64,000 bases of DNA from Caecitellus pseudoparvulus (Eukaryota; Protista; Bigyra: Bicosoecida), in the NCBI GenBank assembly GCA_965644315.1, contig CBFFRQ010000027.1, positions 1-64,000 of the forward strand. Direction: 5' to 3'. The position numbers and the translations under genes were made by a program. Shown here piece after piece: positions 41,723-50,920 of the stretch (the stretch's first letter is position 1; each line of letters starts with the position of its first letter). Under the pieces are notes generated by a model. It saw only the letters and a program-made list of their open reading frames with translations, searched no databases and was not told where the DNA came from.

Positions 41723-44195
41723 TCAGGACCGCCCCAGACCCAGAAGGTCGTCCTCCCCGCCAGAATCGTCATCGACACCCACTGCCTTCACATCTACAGT
41801 GTGCTGCGTGGTGTCACCACCCGCATCCCCTGACGGCAGCGGCGGTGCAGAGGGCTCGGGGTCGCCTGGGCTCAGCACGCCACGGCCCGCTCCCGCCGAC
41901 ACGATGGGAGACGTCGGTGGGGGCACACTGGCGCCTGCACCAGCGGCGACAGGTGCCGAGTGCAGGCGGGAATGGACAGTAGCGGACAGCGGCGTGCCTG
42001 TCGTGCCGGCTCCGGCACTCACGACGCGTGGAAGTGAGGCTCGGAACGAGAACGTCCCTGTGGCTTCGTCAAAGCTGGGGCGGGAGCGTTGGCGCACGAG
42101 GTCTCCGGGGCTGCCTGAGGCAGCTGGCCCGAGGGACAGGCCGGGGGAGGAAGGAGGGGGGATGTGGGGGGGGCTCAGCACCCCACCTGCCAGCTCCGGC
42201 GACGGCGGCGCCACAGACGTCGTGCCTGACGCTTCCCCCAGACCCAGCAGGTCCACAGATGCGTCGAGGGAGGAGGCCGGAATGCCAGCCAGAGCCACCT
42301 CGCCAGCCTGCTCACGGGCCTGGCGAGCTGCCAGGATGATGCGGGTGTCCAGGCCGCCCAGCGGCGGCTTGCGCTCCTTGGGCGCAGCGGACACCACCAG
42401 GCTGTTGTAGTGGTCCCCGCCGTGGTACGTGAGGAGGATGGGCGCCACAGACGCCGCTTGCAGCTCTGCGTCGGGCAGCTCCCCGTCAAAGTGCAGTGTG
42501 GAGGGCTCCAGCACTTGCCCCCGCGCGTGGAACTCGTCGGATGAATACACGACCACAGGTCGGTCGAACACCTCCTCTGCCGCGATCTGTTCCGGGTACC
42601 CCCCCCACGACGTGTCTGCCTGCATGCGCGTGCAGTACTCCTCCAGCGACCCAACGCCGTCCACGCCAGCGGCGATGATGCTGAAGGTGTCGGCGTGTTT
42701 CCGCATGTGCTGCAGCAGCTTGGCTTTCACTGTTCCGTACAGCTCTGCGTCGCCGTAGATCTGGTGCGCGATGGCCCGGAACAGGCACTTGTTGTCGTTG
42801 GAGATGGGCACGACTTCGAAGCCTGCAGAGGCCAGGGCGGCCCGGAACACCTCGTCTTTCTCCCGGCGTTCCTTCTGCACTGTGCTCTCGGCGGAAGTGG
42901 TGACGGAGCCGTGCGGCTGCAGGCGCGCGGCGATGTCGGGGTTGGAGCAGTCGAACCACATGTCCGGGCGGTGGGGAGCGTCCACGAACCGCACCATGAC
43001 TGCGTCTGGGTGTGTGCGCAGCACCTCACCCCACCGCCACTGCTGGTCCCACCCGCCGTGGGCGTAGGGTGCCTTGAACATGTCCAGCACATCCACGTAC
43101 TGCCCAACGCCCCACGCGTGCAGGGGGGCGGATGACTTGGCCCCTGCCACCTCCACGTTGGAGGCGGTGGGGTCCACCACGATGGTTTCTGTGGCGGTGG
43201 GCCGGTTTGTGGCGTAGGAGGGGCCAGAGGTGTAGGACACCTCCAGGGCGGTGAAGTCGCCGTCACGAGTCACCGACGTAATACGCGCCAGCACCCACTT
43301 GCCGGAGGGAGTTGGCAGCTGCACGTCCACCCATGCGCCCACGGAGTACGTGTCGGGGTCGCTGGGCACGAGGGTGGCGGGGGAGGAGGGGGGGACGGGG
43401 GATGCGCCGGGGGGGGCCCCCCCCCCCCTGTCAACCAGAGTCCCCCCCTCACCACCCATGGCTTGCACGGGGGTCGTCGGCAGAGTGGGTGTGCCGCCCA
43501 GTGCCGTGGGCGAGAACGGCTGCGACTCCAGATCGCGGTACTGTGGTGTGCTGCCCGTGGAGCGCGAGCCACAGGCTGCGAGGCGGCTGGGGAAGTCGCT
43601 TGCGTCCAGCCACTTGTCGCACTCGGGCGACGGGAAGCCGTCGAACTTGATGCAGATCTTGGACCCGTCAGCCTCCATCTGCTTCACAGTGCCCTTGAAC
43701 CACTGCTGCATGGGGCGGCCGCTGCGCTCGCCTTCGAAGTAGTCCAGCACGTCCACCCGGCTGCCGACGCTGAGGGAGGCAGGCGGCCCCTGGGACGCAG
43801 GACCGCTCGACACATGGTGTTGGCGTGGAGACTGGCGGTGAGACTCGTGGGCTTGCTGTGATGCGCCCGAAGAGTGCTGGCCCACGGCAGAGTGTGTGCC
43901 TGTGGCAGGGGAGGTGGCTGGCGTGGTGGTGGCACGAAACGCCCTCCCGGCACGCCAACTCACCCATGGGCGCGAGGAGCGACAGGTCCGTCTTGAGGTC
44001 CAGGGTGTATGACCGACCTAGTGTGCGGTTGCCCCACTCGTCCTCAGAGCGCTCGTTGGTGGTGACAATGACCTTGTTGCGCTGGACTGAAGTTACTTCC
44101 CCGACCGTCCAGCCGCTATGCCGCGTCTTAATGTCCACGAGATCCCCCTCAGCCACGCTGTTCGCGGCGTTTGCCTTGGAAGATTTCGAGCCCAT
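41723..44195 (-). CDS. OTU-family deubiquitinase with four Tudor/MBT-like repeats and a predicted N-myristoylation site, 2 exons
   Basis: Starts MGSKSSK; one intron after LLAPMG; four 'V/EG..VD...W..G/A.V/I' repeats; OTU motifs DNKCLFRAIAHQIYGD, WGGYPE and YHGGDHYNS. Confidence 0.9.
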
Positions 44196-44599
44196 GACTC
44201 ACTGTGCAAGGGCGCCTCACAGCCGCCGACCTTTCCGGCGCAAGCCTGTGGTGCAAGCGCCAAGGGCTGTGGAGAAGTTTGCAGCGAAACTCCCCCACAA
44301 CGCAAACGATGCAAACCCCGCAATGCACGGGGCTTGGGGCCTTGCTGCAACTAATGGCTGGTGTCGGGTTCGTTGTTTGAGTATGGGCACAGTGAAAGGC
44401 TTGCAGGTGGGATTTGAATTGGTCCAGCGCGGGTGCTGTCGGGCAACGACTTGTTGTCAGGCTTGGGCCTGCGAGTGCTCGGACGGCCGCCCAGCACAGC
44501 AGCCCAATTCACATCCCCCGGACAACCGCAACGCCTCCATGTGCCACATCGATCCAGCGTGCCACTGCCCCTCCCTGCACCCCGCCAGCCCTTTGCACC

Positions 44600-45877
44600 A
44601 TGTCTGAGGCGTGGTGCTGTGGCTTCGTGGAGACGGTGGGGTGGCTGACACTGCTGGCTGGTGCAGCTGCCGTGGTGCAGTTGATTCTCTTCATGCGCCA
44701 GGATGCCGATAGTGGGGTGTACTACAAGGACCTTCCAGCGGGGGCGTTCAAGGGCAAGACGGTGCTGCTTGTCGGCGCCAGCAGCGGCAGTGCGTGCGGC
44801 AGCTGTAATTTCCGCACACGCCGACGGAGGCCGCCCTGCCACACACCCGGACCGCCTTGGCGCAGTTGGCGAGGAGCTCGCCTATGCAATGGCTTCGCGT
44901 GGAGCCAAGGTGCTGGCGGCTGCGCGCCGGCTGCCCTTGCTGGAGAAAGTCGTCAAGAAGTGTGCCTCCCTCGGCGGCGCCGGGTCCGAGGCAGTGCAGC
45001 TGGACATGTTGGACACTGACAGCCACGCAGGCGTCATCTCGGGCCTGCTGAAGAAGCATGGGCGCATCGATATTTTGGTGAACAACGCAGGGCGCTCGCA
45101 GCGAGCCATGGTGGAGGACACGGCTTTGGAGGTGGACGTCGGCATGCTGGCGCTGAACGTGACCGGCGTCATCTCCATTACCAAGGCCCTCCTGCCACAC
45201 TTCCTGCAGCGAGGCGCCGGACAGATCATGGTGACTTCCTCTGTCGTGCGTCCTCCTTCACGGTGCCCTGCCGCTCGCGCCAGCTGACCCTGTGCCGTGC
45301 CCCGTGCTTTCCCAGGCCGGCAAGGTTGGCAGCACTATTTCCGCATCGTACTCTGCAAGCAAACACGCCATCCAGGGCTACTTCAACGCCCTGCGCTCTG
45401 AAGTGGGGTTCCGAGGCATCTCAGTGCACCTGGCCTGCCCTGGCCCGGTCGCCACACCCATCCAAGAGCACGCCTTCGCAGAGACAGCGGGGGCCAAAGT
45501 GGACACCAGCAAGCCTGACACGACGAAGCGCATGACTGCCGCTGTGCGTGCCTGCAGCGCCACACTGCCCCCACACCCTCGCCCAACCCTACACCTTGCC
45601 CCCTTTACAGCGCTGTGCACACCTCATGGCGGTGCAGCTGCACCATGGCGTGTATGAGGCTTGGATGGCGCCGCAGCCCATCCTGCTCTTCACGGCGCTT
45701 GGGCAGTACATGCCGACTCTGTTCACGTCCCTGCAGACGCTGTGGTACGGCCCTGCCCGGGTGAACGCCTTCCGCAGTGGTGACATGGGCTACTCAGCCG
45801 TGAATTCTGCCTCGGGTGCTCTTGCTGGCATTCTCTCCGCCATTCTCGGCAAATCCCCCAAGCCAAAAGCGGACTGA
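44600..45877 (+). CDS. DHRS7: Short-chain dehydrogenase/reductase, DHRS7-like, 4 exons
   Basis: N-terminal hydrophobic anchor; spliced GASSGIGEELA, IDILVNNAGRSQR, YSASKHAIQGYFNALRSE and CPGPV. Confidence 0.88.
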
Positions 45878-45941
45878 CCCCCTGGCGGCCATAAATGCAA
45901 CGTGTCATCATATTTTCAATATTTTCCGTGTCTAACAGCCA

Positions 45942-46013
45942 GCTTCTGTAGCTCAGGGGTAGAGCGTCGCTTTCATAAGGCGCAGGTCAAGGGTTCGATC
46001 CCCTTCAGGAGCA
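45942..46013 (+). tRNA. tRNA-Met(CAT), elongator type
   Basis: Cloverleaf: acceptor GCTTCTG/CAGGAGC, D stem GCTC/GAGC, anticodon loop TTCATAA, T arm AAGGG-TTCGATC-CCCTT. G1:C72 and TTC argue against the initiator. Confidence 0.95.
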
Positions 46014-46015
46014 CC

Positions 46016-46021
46016 TTTTTT
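46016..46021 (+). terminator. RNA polymerase III terminator (T6)
   Basis: T run 2 nt after the tRNA 3' end. Confidence 0.85.
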
Positions 46022-46098
46022 CCACACCATGGCTTCACGAAACGCAGCCTCCAAGCCGAACGTGCACACTCAACACGTGAGACATAATACAGATGCAT

Positions 46099-48054
46099 TC
46101 ACACCTGTGTGCCTTGTTGCTGGCGCGCCACGAGCGCAGCCAAGCTGCCTTCGGGCGGCACGTCGCCGGCTGAGCCGACGTCGGCCAAGTCCGCAGTCTG
46201 CGCCTGCCCCCTCGGCAGCACTTGCGCAGCCCGAGGCGACACCCCAGACGGCACGTGAGCTATCCCTGGCAGCTGCTCCCCCTTGGTGGTGAGGGAGATG
46301 ACTTGTCCAAATGACAGCCGCTTGCCTTGCCCTGCTTGCTCGGCAGAGGATGACAAGTGGGGGGACCGAGCGAGAGGGGACACCGTGCCTGGGTGTGGCG
46401 TGACAAAGGTGGGGGGCGGTGTCCGCGCAGGGGTCGTGGGCGCAGTGCCTTGCCTCAGCATGGACTGCACCGCCCCAGCACACTTCTGCAGGAACAGCAC
46501 CTGTTCCGGCGTCACTTCCGGGCCGGGCGAGGCGGAGCCCCCTGTCTGCGCCTGCACCCCCCCCCACTCCCACGCAGCGCCATCTGAGCTGTTCTGGAAC
46601 CCTGCCGCCTGCATGAGGTGGGGGGTCCCAGGCAATTGCCCCAGGGACCGCTTGTACGCTGAACCCTTCGTTGACACGCGTTTGTACCGGGGCGAAGCAG
46701 GGTGCCGCGCCAGATTCTCCAGGCTCAGCAGCAGAAAACGCAGCCCCGCCGCGCCAACACTCCCTTGGTCTGTGCCTGCATGGGTGCGCAGTGCAGCCCT
46801 GAACCGCTCCAGGGCCTCCGCCAGCGGCTCAGGCAGGCTAGGAGTCGCTTCTGTAGGGGGGGTCGCAGCAGCCGCGGGGGGGGTCCATGCAGCCACCAAC
46901 TGCCCCAACTGCCCCCCCTCCTCGCTGTCCACCGCACCGTCGTTGTCTTCTTCCCTGTCTGATGTGCCCGTGATGGCGCCCGCAGCAGCCGGAGGCGCCA
47001 CGCCACTCGCCCCACCCCCACGCACCTTGCCAGGCGACGGCTGCTGTGGAATGGCAGAGCTCCACGTAACGCGCCGAGGAGTGGTGCCTGGCGGCGGTCG
47101 AGGGGGTGTGCCTGCGCTGGCAAGGCGCCGGCGGGGTGGCCCTCGCCGCAACGCGCTGCTGGGGGCTGGTGTCATGGCCCCCCCCTGCTTGGCTGTCGCC
47201 CACGTCTGGGCACTGCCCCCCCCGCTCACTTCCGTGGCAGTGGAGGCGCTCCCGTGCCTGCTCGCACCTCCACTCCCCTGTGCTGACAGTAGGGGCGTCG
47301 ATAGGGAGCTGGCCAGTGGCGAGATGAGGCCGGTGAAGGCGCCTTGCAGGGCCCCCAACTGACCCTTGATGCTGGCCAGGTCTGCCACCATGCCCGCCAG
47401 CATCTGGGGTGTGCCTGGTGGCATGGTCTCTACAGCTGGCGCAGCGGACACGGTTGTGCCTGGTGTTGCACTGGCTTCCTCGTGTGCCTGGTGCAGCGAG
47501 GGTGCGGCGGGTGCGGGGGGCGTCACGGGCACGGCAGCTGTTTGGGACGCAGCAGCTGCCGCTGCCGTGCTGCCTGGGCCCCAGTCCGTGAGTGGGCCGG
47601 TGGAGGGTGCTGGTAGGCGTGGCAGGGTCGCGGTATGAGTTTGGCCCACGTCCGCCACCGCCTCCTCCTCGCCCAGCCACCGCCGCACCAGCGCCTGGCC
47701 ACGGGAGATGAAGGACTGTGCCTGAGCCAGGGCTACATCCGGGCCAATGTCCTCCACGTGGCGCCACGCCACGCCCAGCGCAAATCCGAGCGCTGCAGTC
47801 ATGGCCAGGGCAGGGGAGCTGGCTGCCGCAGCAGATGCGAAGCGGCCAGTGCTGGGCACAACGCTCGTTGTGGTGGCCCTGGCCACAGCAGCCTCGATTT
47901 GAGACGCCGAGAAGCCTTGCGACCGAAGGAAAGCCACTTTTTCTGCTAGTGGTACGTGAGCCAGCCGCTCGTGTTGCAGCAGGGCGACAGCCTGGCTTAG
48001 AGCAGGCGCGCTGGCGCTTGGCGGAATTTGGCCCCCTCCACTTGCCCCAGCCAT
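46099..48054 (-). CDS. PEX14: Peroxin-14-like protein with a PUB domain
   Basis: Pex14 N-domain (AVALLQHERLAHVPLAEKVAFLRSQGFSASQIEAA), hydrophobic segment, short coiled coil, PUB (LENLARHP...RYKRV...LMQAAGF) and C-terminal SFGQVISL..KGEQLPGI..VP. Confidence 0.85.
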   Translation of the reverse strand: MAGASGGGQIPPSASAPALSQAVALLQHERLAHVPLAEKVAFLRSQGFSASQIEAAVARATTTSVVPSTGRFASAAAASSPALAMTAALGFALGVAWRHVEDIGPDVALAQAQSFISRGQALVRRWLGEEEAVADVGQTHTATLPRLPAPSTGPLTDWGPGSTAAAAAASQTAAVPVTPPAPAAPSLHQAHEEASATPGTTVSAAPAVETMPPGTPQMLAGMVADLASIKGQLGALQGAFTGLISPLASSLSTPLLSAQGSGGASRHGSASTATEVSGGGSAQTWATAKQGGAMTPAPSSALRRGPPRRRLASAGTPPRPPPGTTPRRVTWSSAIPQQPSPGKVRGGGASGVAPPAAAGAITGTSDREEDNDGAVDSEEGGQLGQLVAAWTPPAAAATPPTEATPSLPEPLAEALERFRAALRTHAGTDQGSVGAAGLRFLLLSLENLARHPASPRYKRVSTKGSAYKRSLGQLPGTPHLMQAAGFQNSSDGAAWEWGGVQAQTGGSASPGPEVTPEQVLFLQKCAGAVQSMLRQGTAPTTPARTPPPTFVTPHPGTVSPLARSPHLSSSAEQAGQGKRLSFGQVISLTTKGEQLPGIAHVPSGVSPRAAQVLPRGQAQTADLADVGSAGDVPPEGSLAALVARQQQGTQV

Positions 48055-48264
48055 CCTGCCCTGTCACGGAAGAAATTCAGGCTGCTGGGAGTACAAATAA
48101 CGGGCTCCTATGTGTCACTTTCCGTGAGCTGCTCAATAATATGGCAGTGGATTTCACCTTTGCCTGGCCACGGACAGTGCGAGCCGGACAGATCTGACAG
48201 AGCAGGCAACCAAGTACATTTTACAGCCTACACCGAGCCAGGCATTCGCGCAGCGCTAACACTC

Positions 48265-49593
48265 CTACTCCTGTTTGAAGCAGGGTGGGACAGGGCTGGT
48301 GCCTCCCGTTGCCACGCCCTGCGTGTTGGTGCAAGCGTAGAACTTGTCGCCCCACGGCTCCGTGCTGGGGTTGCGCACCACGACATTGTCAAAGCGAATG
48401 CCAGTCATGGGGTTGGTCTCGTTGCCCAGGATGACACCTGGCGACAGCGCCGCGCCTTGCACCGTGATGTCCTTGAAGGTGATGTCGCTCCACGTGATGC
48501 CGGCTGGCACAGGGCAGGGCAAGCCTGGCACGAACGGCCACAGCAGGTTGCAGGCGCCCTCGTAGCTTGCCTGCTGGGGGCCGATCCAAATGGCCCACTG
48601 GGTGGGGTTCCACAGGCTGATGTTCTGGTACGTCACGCCCGTGATCTCGCCGGTGTACCCCGCCGGTGCAGGTCGGCTCTTCATGTACAGCCCCTTGAAC
48701 GAATTGGGCATGATGCTGTCACGGAACGTGACGTTGCGGACGCAGCTGTGGTGGGCAGAGGGGCCGATGGAGCCGACGGTCAGCCCCACCCCCGACACAT
48801 TCACGCGCTCCACGAGCCAGTTCTCGCTACACTGCGCGCGGATGTTGGAGGCGTCCAGCTGCTTCACACACACGCAGTCGTCGTCGTTCCACACCGTGAC
48901 ATCGTGCACCCACACGTTGGCGCCGGCGATGTCGAAGCCGTCTGTGTTGAAGGCACCCATATTGTACCAGTCGTGGTCGGTGGCGTTGTCGCGGTGCACC
49001 TCCACAGCGCTGTGCCGCACTTCGATGCCGTTCACGTCGTTGGCGAAAAACGTCCAGTACGGGCTCTGCTTCAGCAGCAGGTTCTCCACCAGCAAGTCGC
49101 TGGAGTTGTAAATGTGCAGCAGGCGGGGGCGGTTCTCCCCGATGAGCAGGTACGAGATGTACCCCCACCAACCCTCCCCACTGCCGTCCAGGGTGCCTGT
49201 GCCGCTGGACGTGAAAGTGACGTTGTTGAGGTTGGACAAGTACCAGCACTCCAGCACCCTGCCGTCGGCCTGCCGCGGCCACGCTGTCTGGTTGTTGTTC
49301 CACTTCAGTGTCCCGTCAATGCGCAGCACAGCGTCGTACAGATCGCCCCCCGTCACGCCGCCAGCGACATGGAAGGTGCCATTCGGCACGAGCAGCGTGT
49401 CCCCGCGCCCCACCATGGCCAAGGCCTTGTTCATCACGGCCGTGTTGTGCTGGCAAACACGCAGAGACGGGTCATCTTCAATTGCCCCGATGTCCTTGAT
49501 GTTGATAACGTTGCCTCCTGCAGCGGTGCTGATGAAACACGCTGCTGCCAGCGCACATGCAAGTGCACTGCACTTGGACCCACACCTTCGCAT
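48265..49593 (-). CDS. Secreted glycoside hydrolase family 28 (polygalacturonase-like)
   Basis: Signal-peptide-like start at ATG 49593; GTLDGSGEGWW, RPRL, SPYWT, NTDGFD, DDDCVCVK and LTVGS. Confidence 0.93.
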   Translation of the reverse strand: MRRCGSKCSALACALAAACFISTAAGGNVINIKDIGAIEDDPSLRVCQHNTAVMNKALAMVGRGDTLLVPNGTFHVAGGVTGGDLYDAVLRIDGTLKWNNNQTAWPRQADGRVLECWYLSNLNNVTFTSSGTGTLDGSGEGWWGYISYLLIGENRPRLLHIYNSSDLLVENLLLKQSPYWTFFANDVNGIEVRHSAVEVHRDNATDHDWYNMGAFNTDGFDIAGANVWVHDVTVWNDDDCVCVKQLDASNIRAQCSENWLVERVNVSGVGLTVGSIGPSAHHSCVRNVTFRDSIMPNSFKGLYMKSRPAPAGYTGEITGVTYQNISLWNPTQWAIWIGPQQASYEGACNLLWPFVPGLPCPVPAGITWSDITFKDITVQGAALSPGVILGNETNPMTGIRFDNVVVRNPSTEPWGDKFYACTNTQGVATGGTSPVPPCFKQE

Positions 49594-50135
49594 GCTGCTC
49601 CAGGCTACCTGCAACGCGTCTGCGCGTGAGAACGGCTGAGGTTGCAGGAGGGGGAGTTGAAAGCCCTGCACGTTGCAGAGCAGTGCATGTCCCCAACTTC
49701 CAAGCGAGACACACGCACCTGGGGGAAGTGGGCAGCTTTGCAGCTCTGGCCAGGCGACTGAGCGCCGAAGATCTGGGCTGCAAGGTGCACACGACTGCCT
49801 TTGTGAAAATAAGAGGCAAGATGGTTAGGTTTTGTATTTTTCGATACTGCCCCGTGTCTGAAATGGACCACCCAAGGACTCGGGCAGCACGCGCGTCCGT
49901 CTCACGGTACTTTGAGTTAGACTTTTTGTGTGCCGACACCGCTCACGCTCCTTTCAGTCTTGACTAACTTGTCTCAGGCGATATCAATTCCTTTTGCTTC
50001 TCCAAGAAGAGAGCCATAAACGAGCCCCACAATCAGTACCTGCAACGTGCAGGACACTGCTGCACTTGAGCACACCAGTCCACCGCGTCACGGGCAGCGT
50101 GTGCGGTAATTGCACCTTCCATCGGCATACACACC

Positions 50136-50561
50136 ATGCCGACTGAGACACGCGCGGAGAAGGACATCAAGCTGGGCAAGCTCATGTTCTTTGTGGGGCT
50201 CCCAGCTCTGCCCTGGATGTGGGTGGCGAACCTGCTGTACTTCCGCAAACGATGGGCAGAGGGCAAGCTGCCAGCAGAGGCGATTGGGTGTGCGTTGCAC
50301 TGCGTCTGCCCGCACGCCGCCTGCACGGCACGCTGTCACCCCCCCATTTCCACCCACCCAGGGCTCAAGCTCTCCATGGTTGGCGTGCTGGTGTGGGTCA
50401 TCGCCATCGTGGCCTGGATCGTGGCGTATCAAGTGGAGCGGCCTTTCCCTGGCCTGGCCGTGTGGGCGCCGCCTCGGTACTGGTTCTGGAACGAGCTGCC
50501 GTGGAAGTGGACCAGTGGCATCCGGTCAGACTTCTCTTCCCCTGATGAAGCAGTGGCTTGA
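50136..50561 (+). CDS. PSENEN: Gamma-secretase subunit PEN-2-like protein, 2 exons (intron ~50291-50361)
   Basis: KLGKLMFFVGLPALPWMWVANLLYF resembles the PEN-2 F..G...LP..W.VN...F pattern; second hydrophobic segment ends WIVAYQ. Confidence 0.8.
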   Translation: MPTETRAEKDIKLGKLMFFVGLPALPWMWVANLLYFRKRWAEGKLPAEAIGCALHCVCPHAACTARCHPPISTHPGLKLSMVGVLVWVIAIVAWIVAYQVERPFPGLAVWAPPRYWFWNELPWKWTSGIRSDFSSPDEAVA

Positions 50562-50920
50562 GCGGGGCCACGTGCTTGTCCGGCCTTGCTCCAGGAAAGC
50601 TTGCCTTGCAGAGAAGTGGCAGCCACACAGCTGGACAGGCGCAGCAGGCGACTGCCGCTCAAGCGCAGCGGATGTTAATGTCGGCAAGCTCGCGGCCTCC
50701 TCTTTATGTCATCCGGCGCATGCTGGGCGCTTGGCGCCTGCGGCGGTGCGGGTGCGGAGGCTCGGCATTTGCTCCATCGACGCAAATCATGCTGCCCAGG
50801 ACTCACCATGACGACGCCATGAATGCATGCATGAGTCGAGAGAGGCTTGTGCATTGAGTGCACCACACAGAGTGTGGTGTGACAGCTGCGTGCTGTGCAT
50901 TCCTGCCGCCAATCGCAGCC

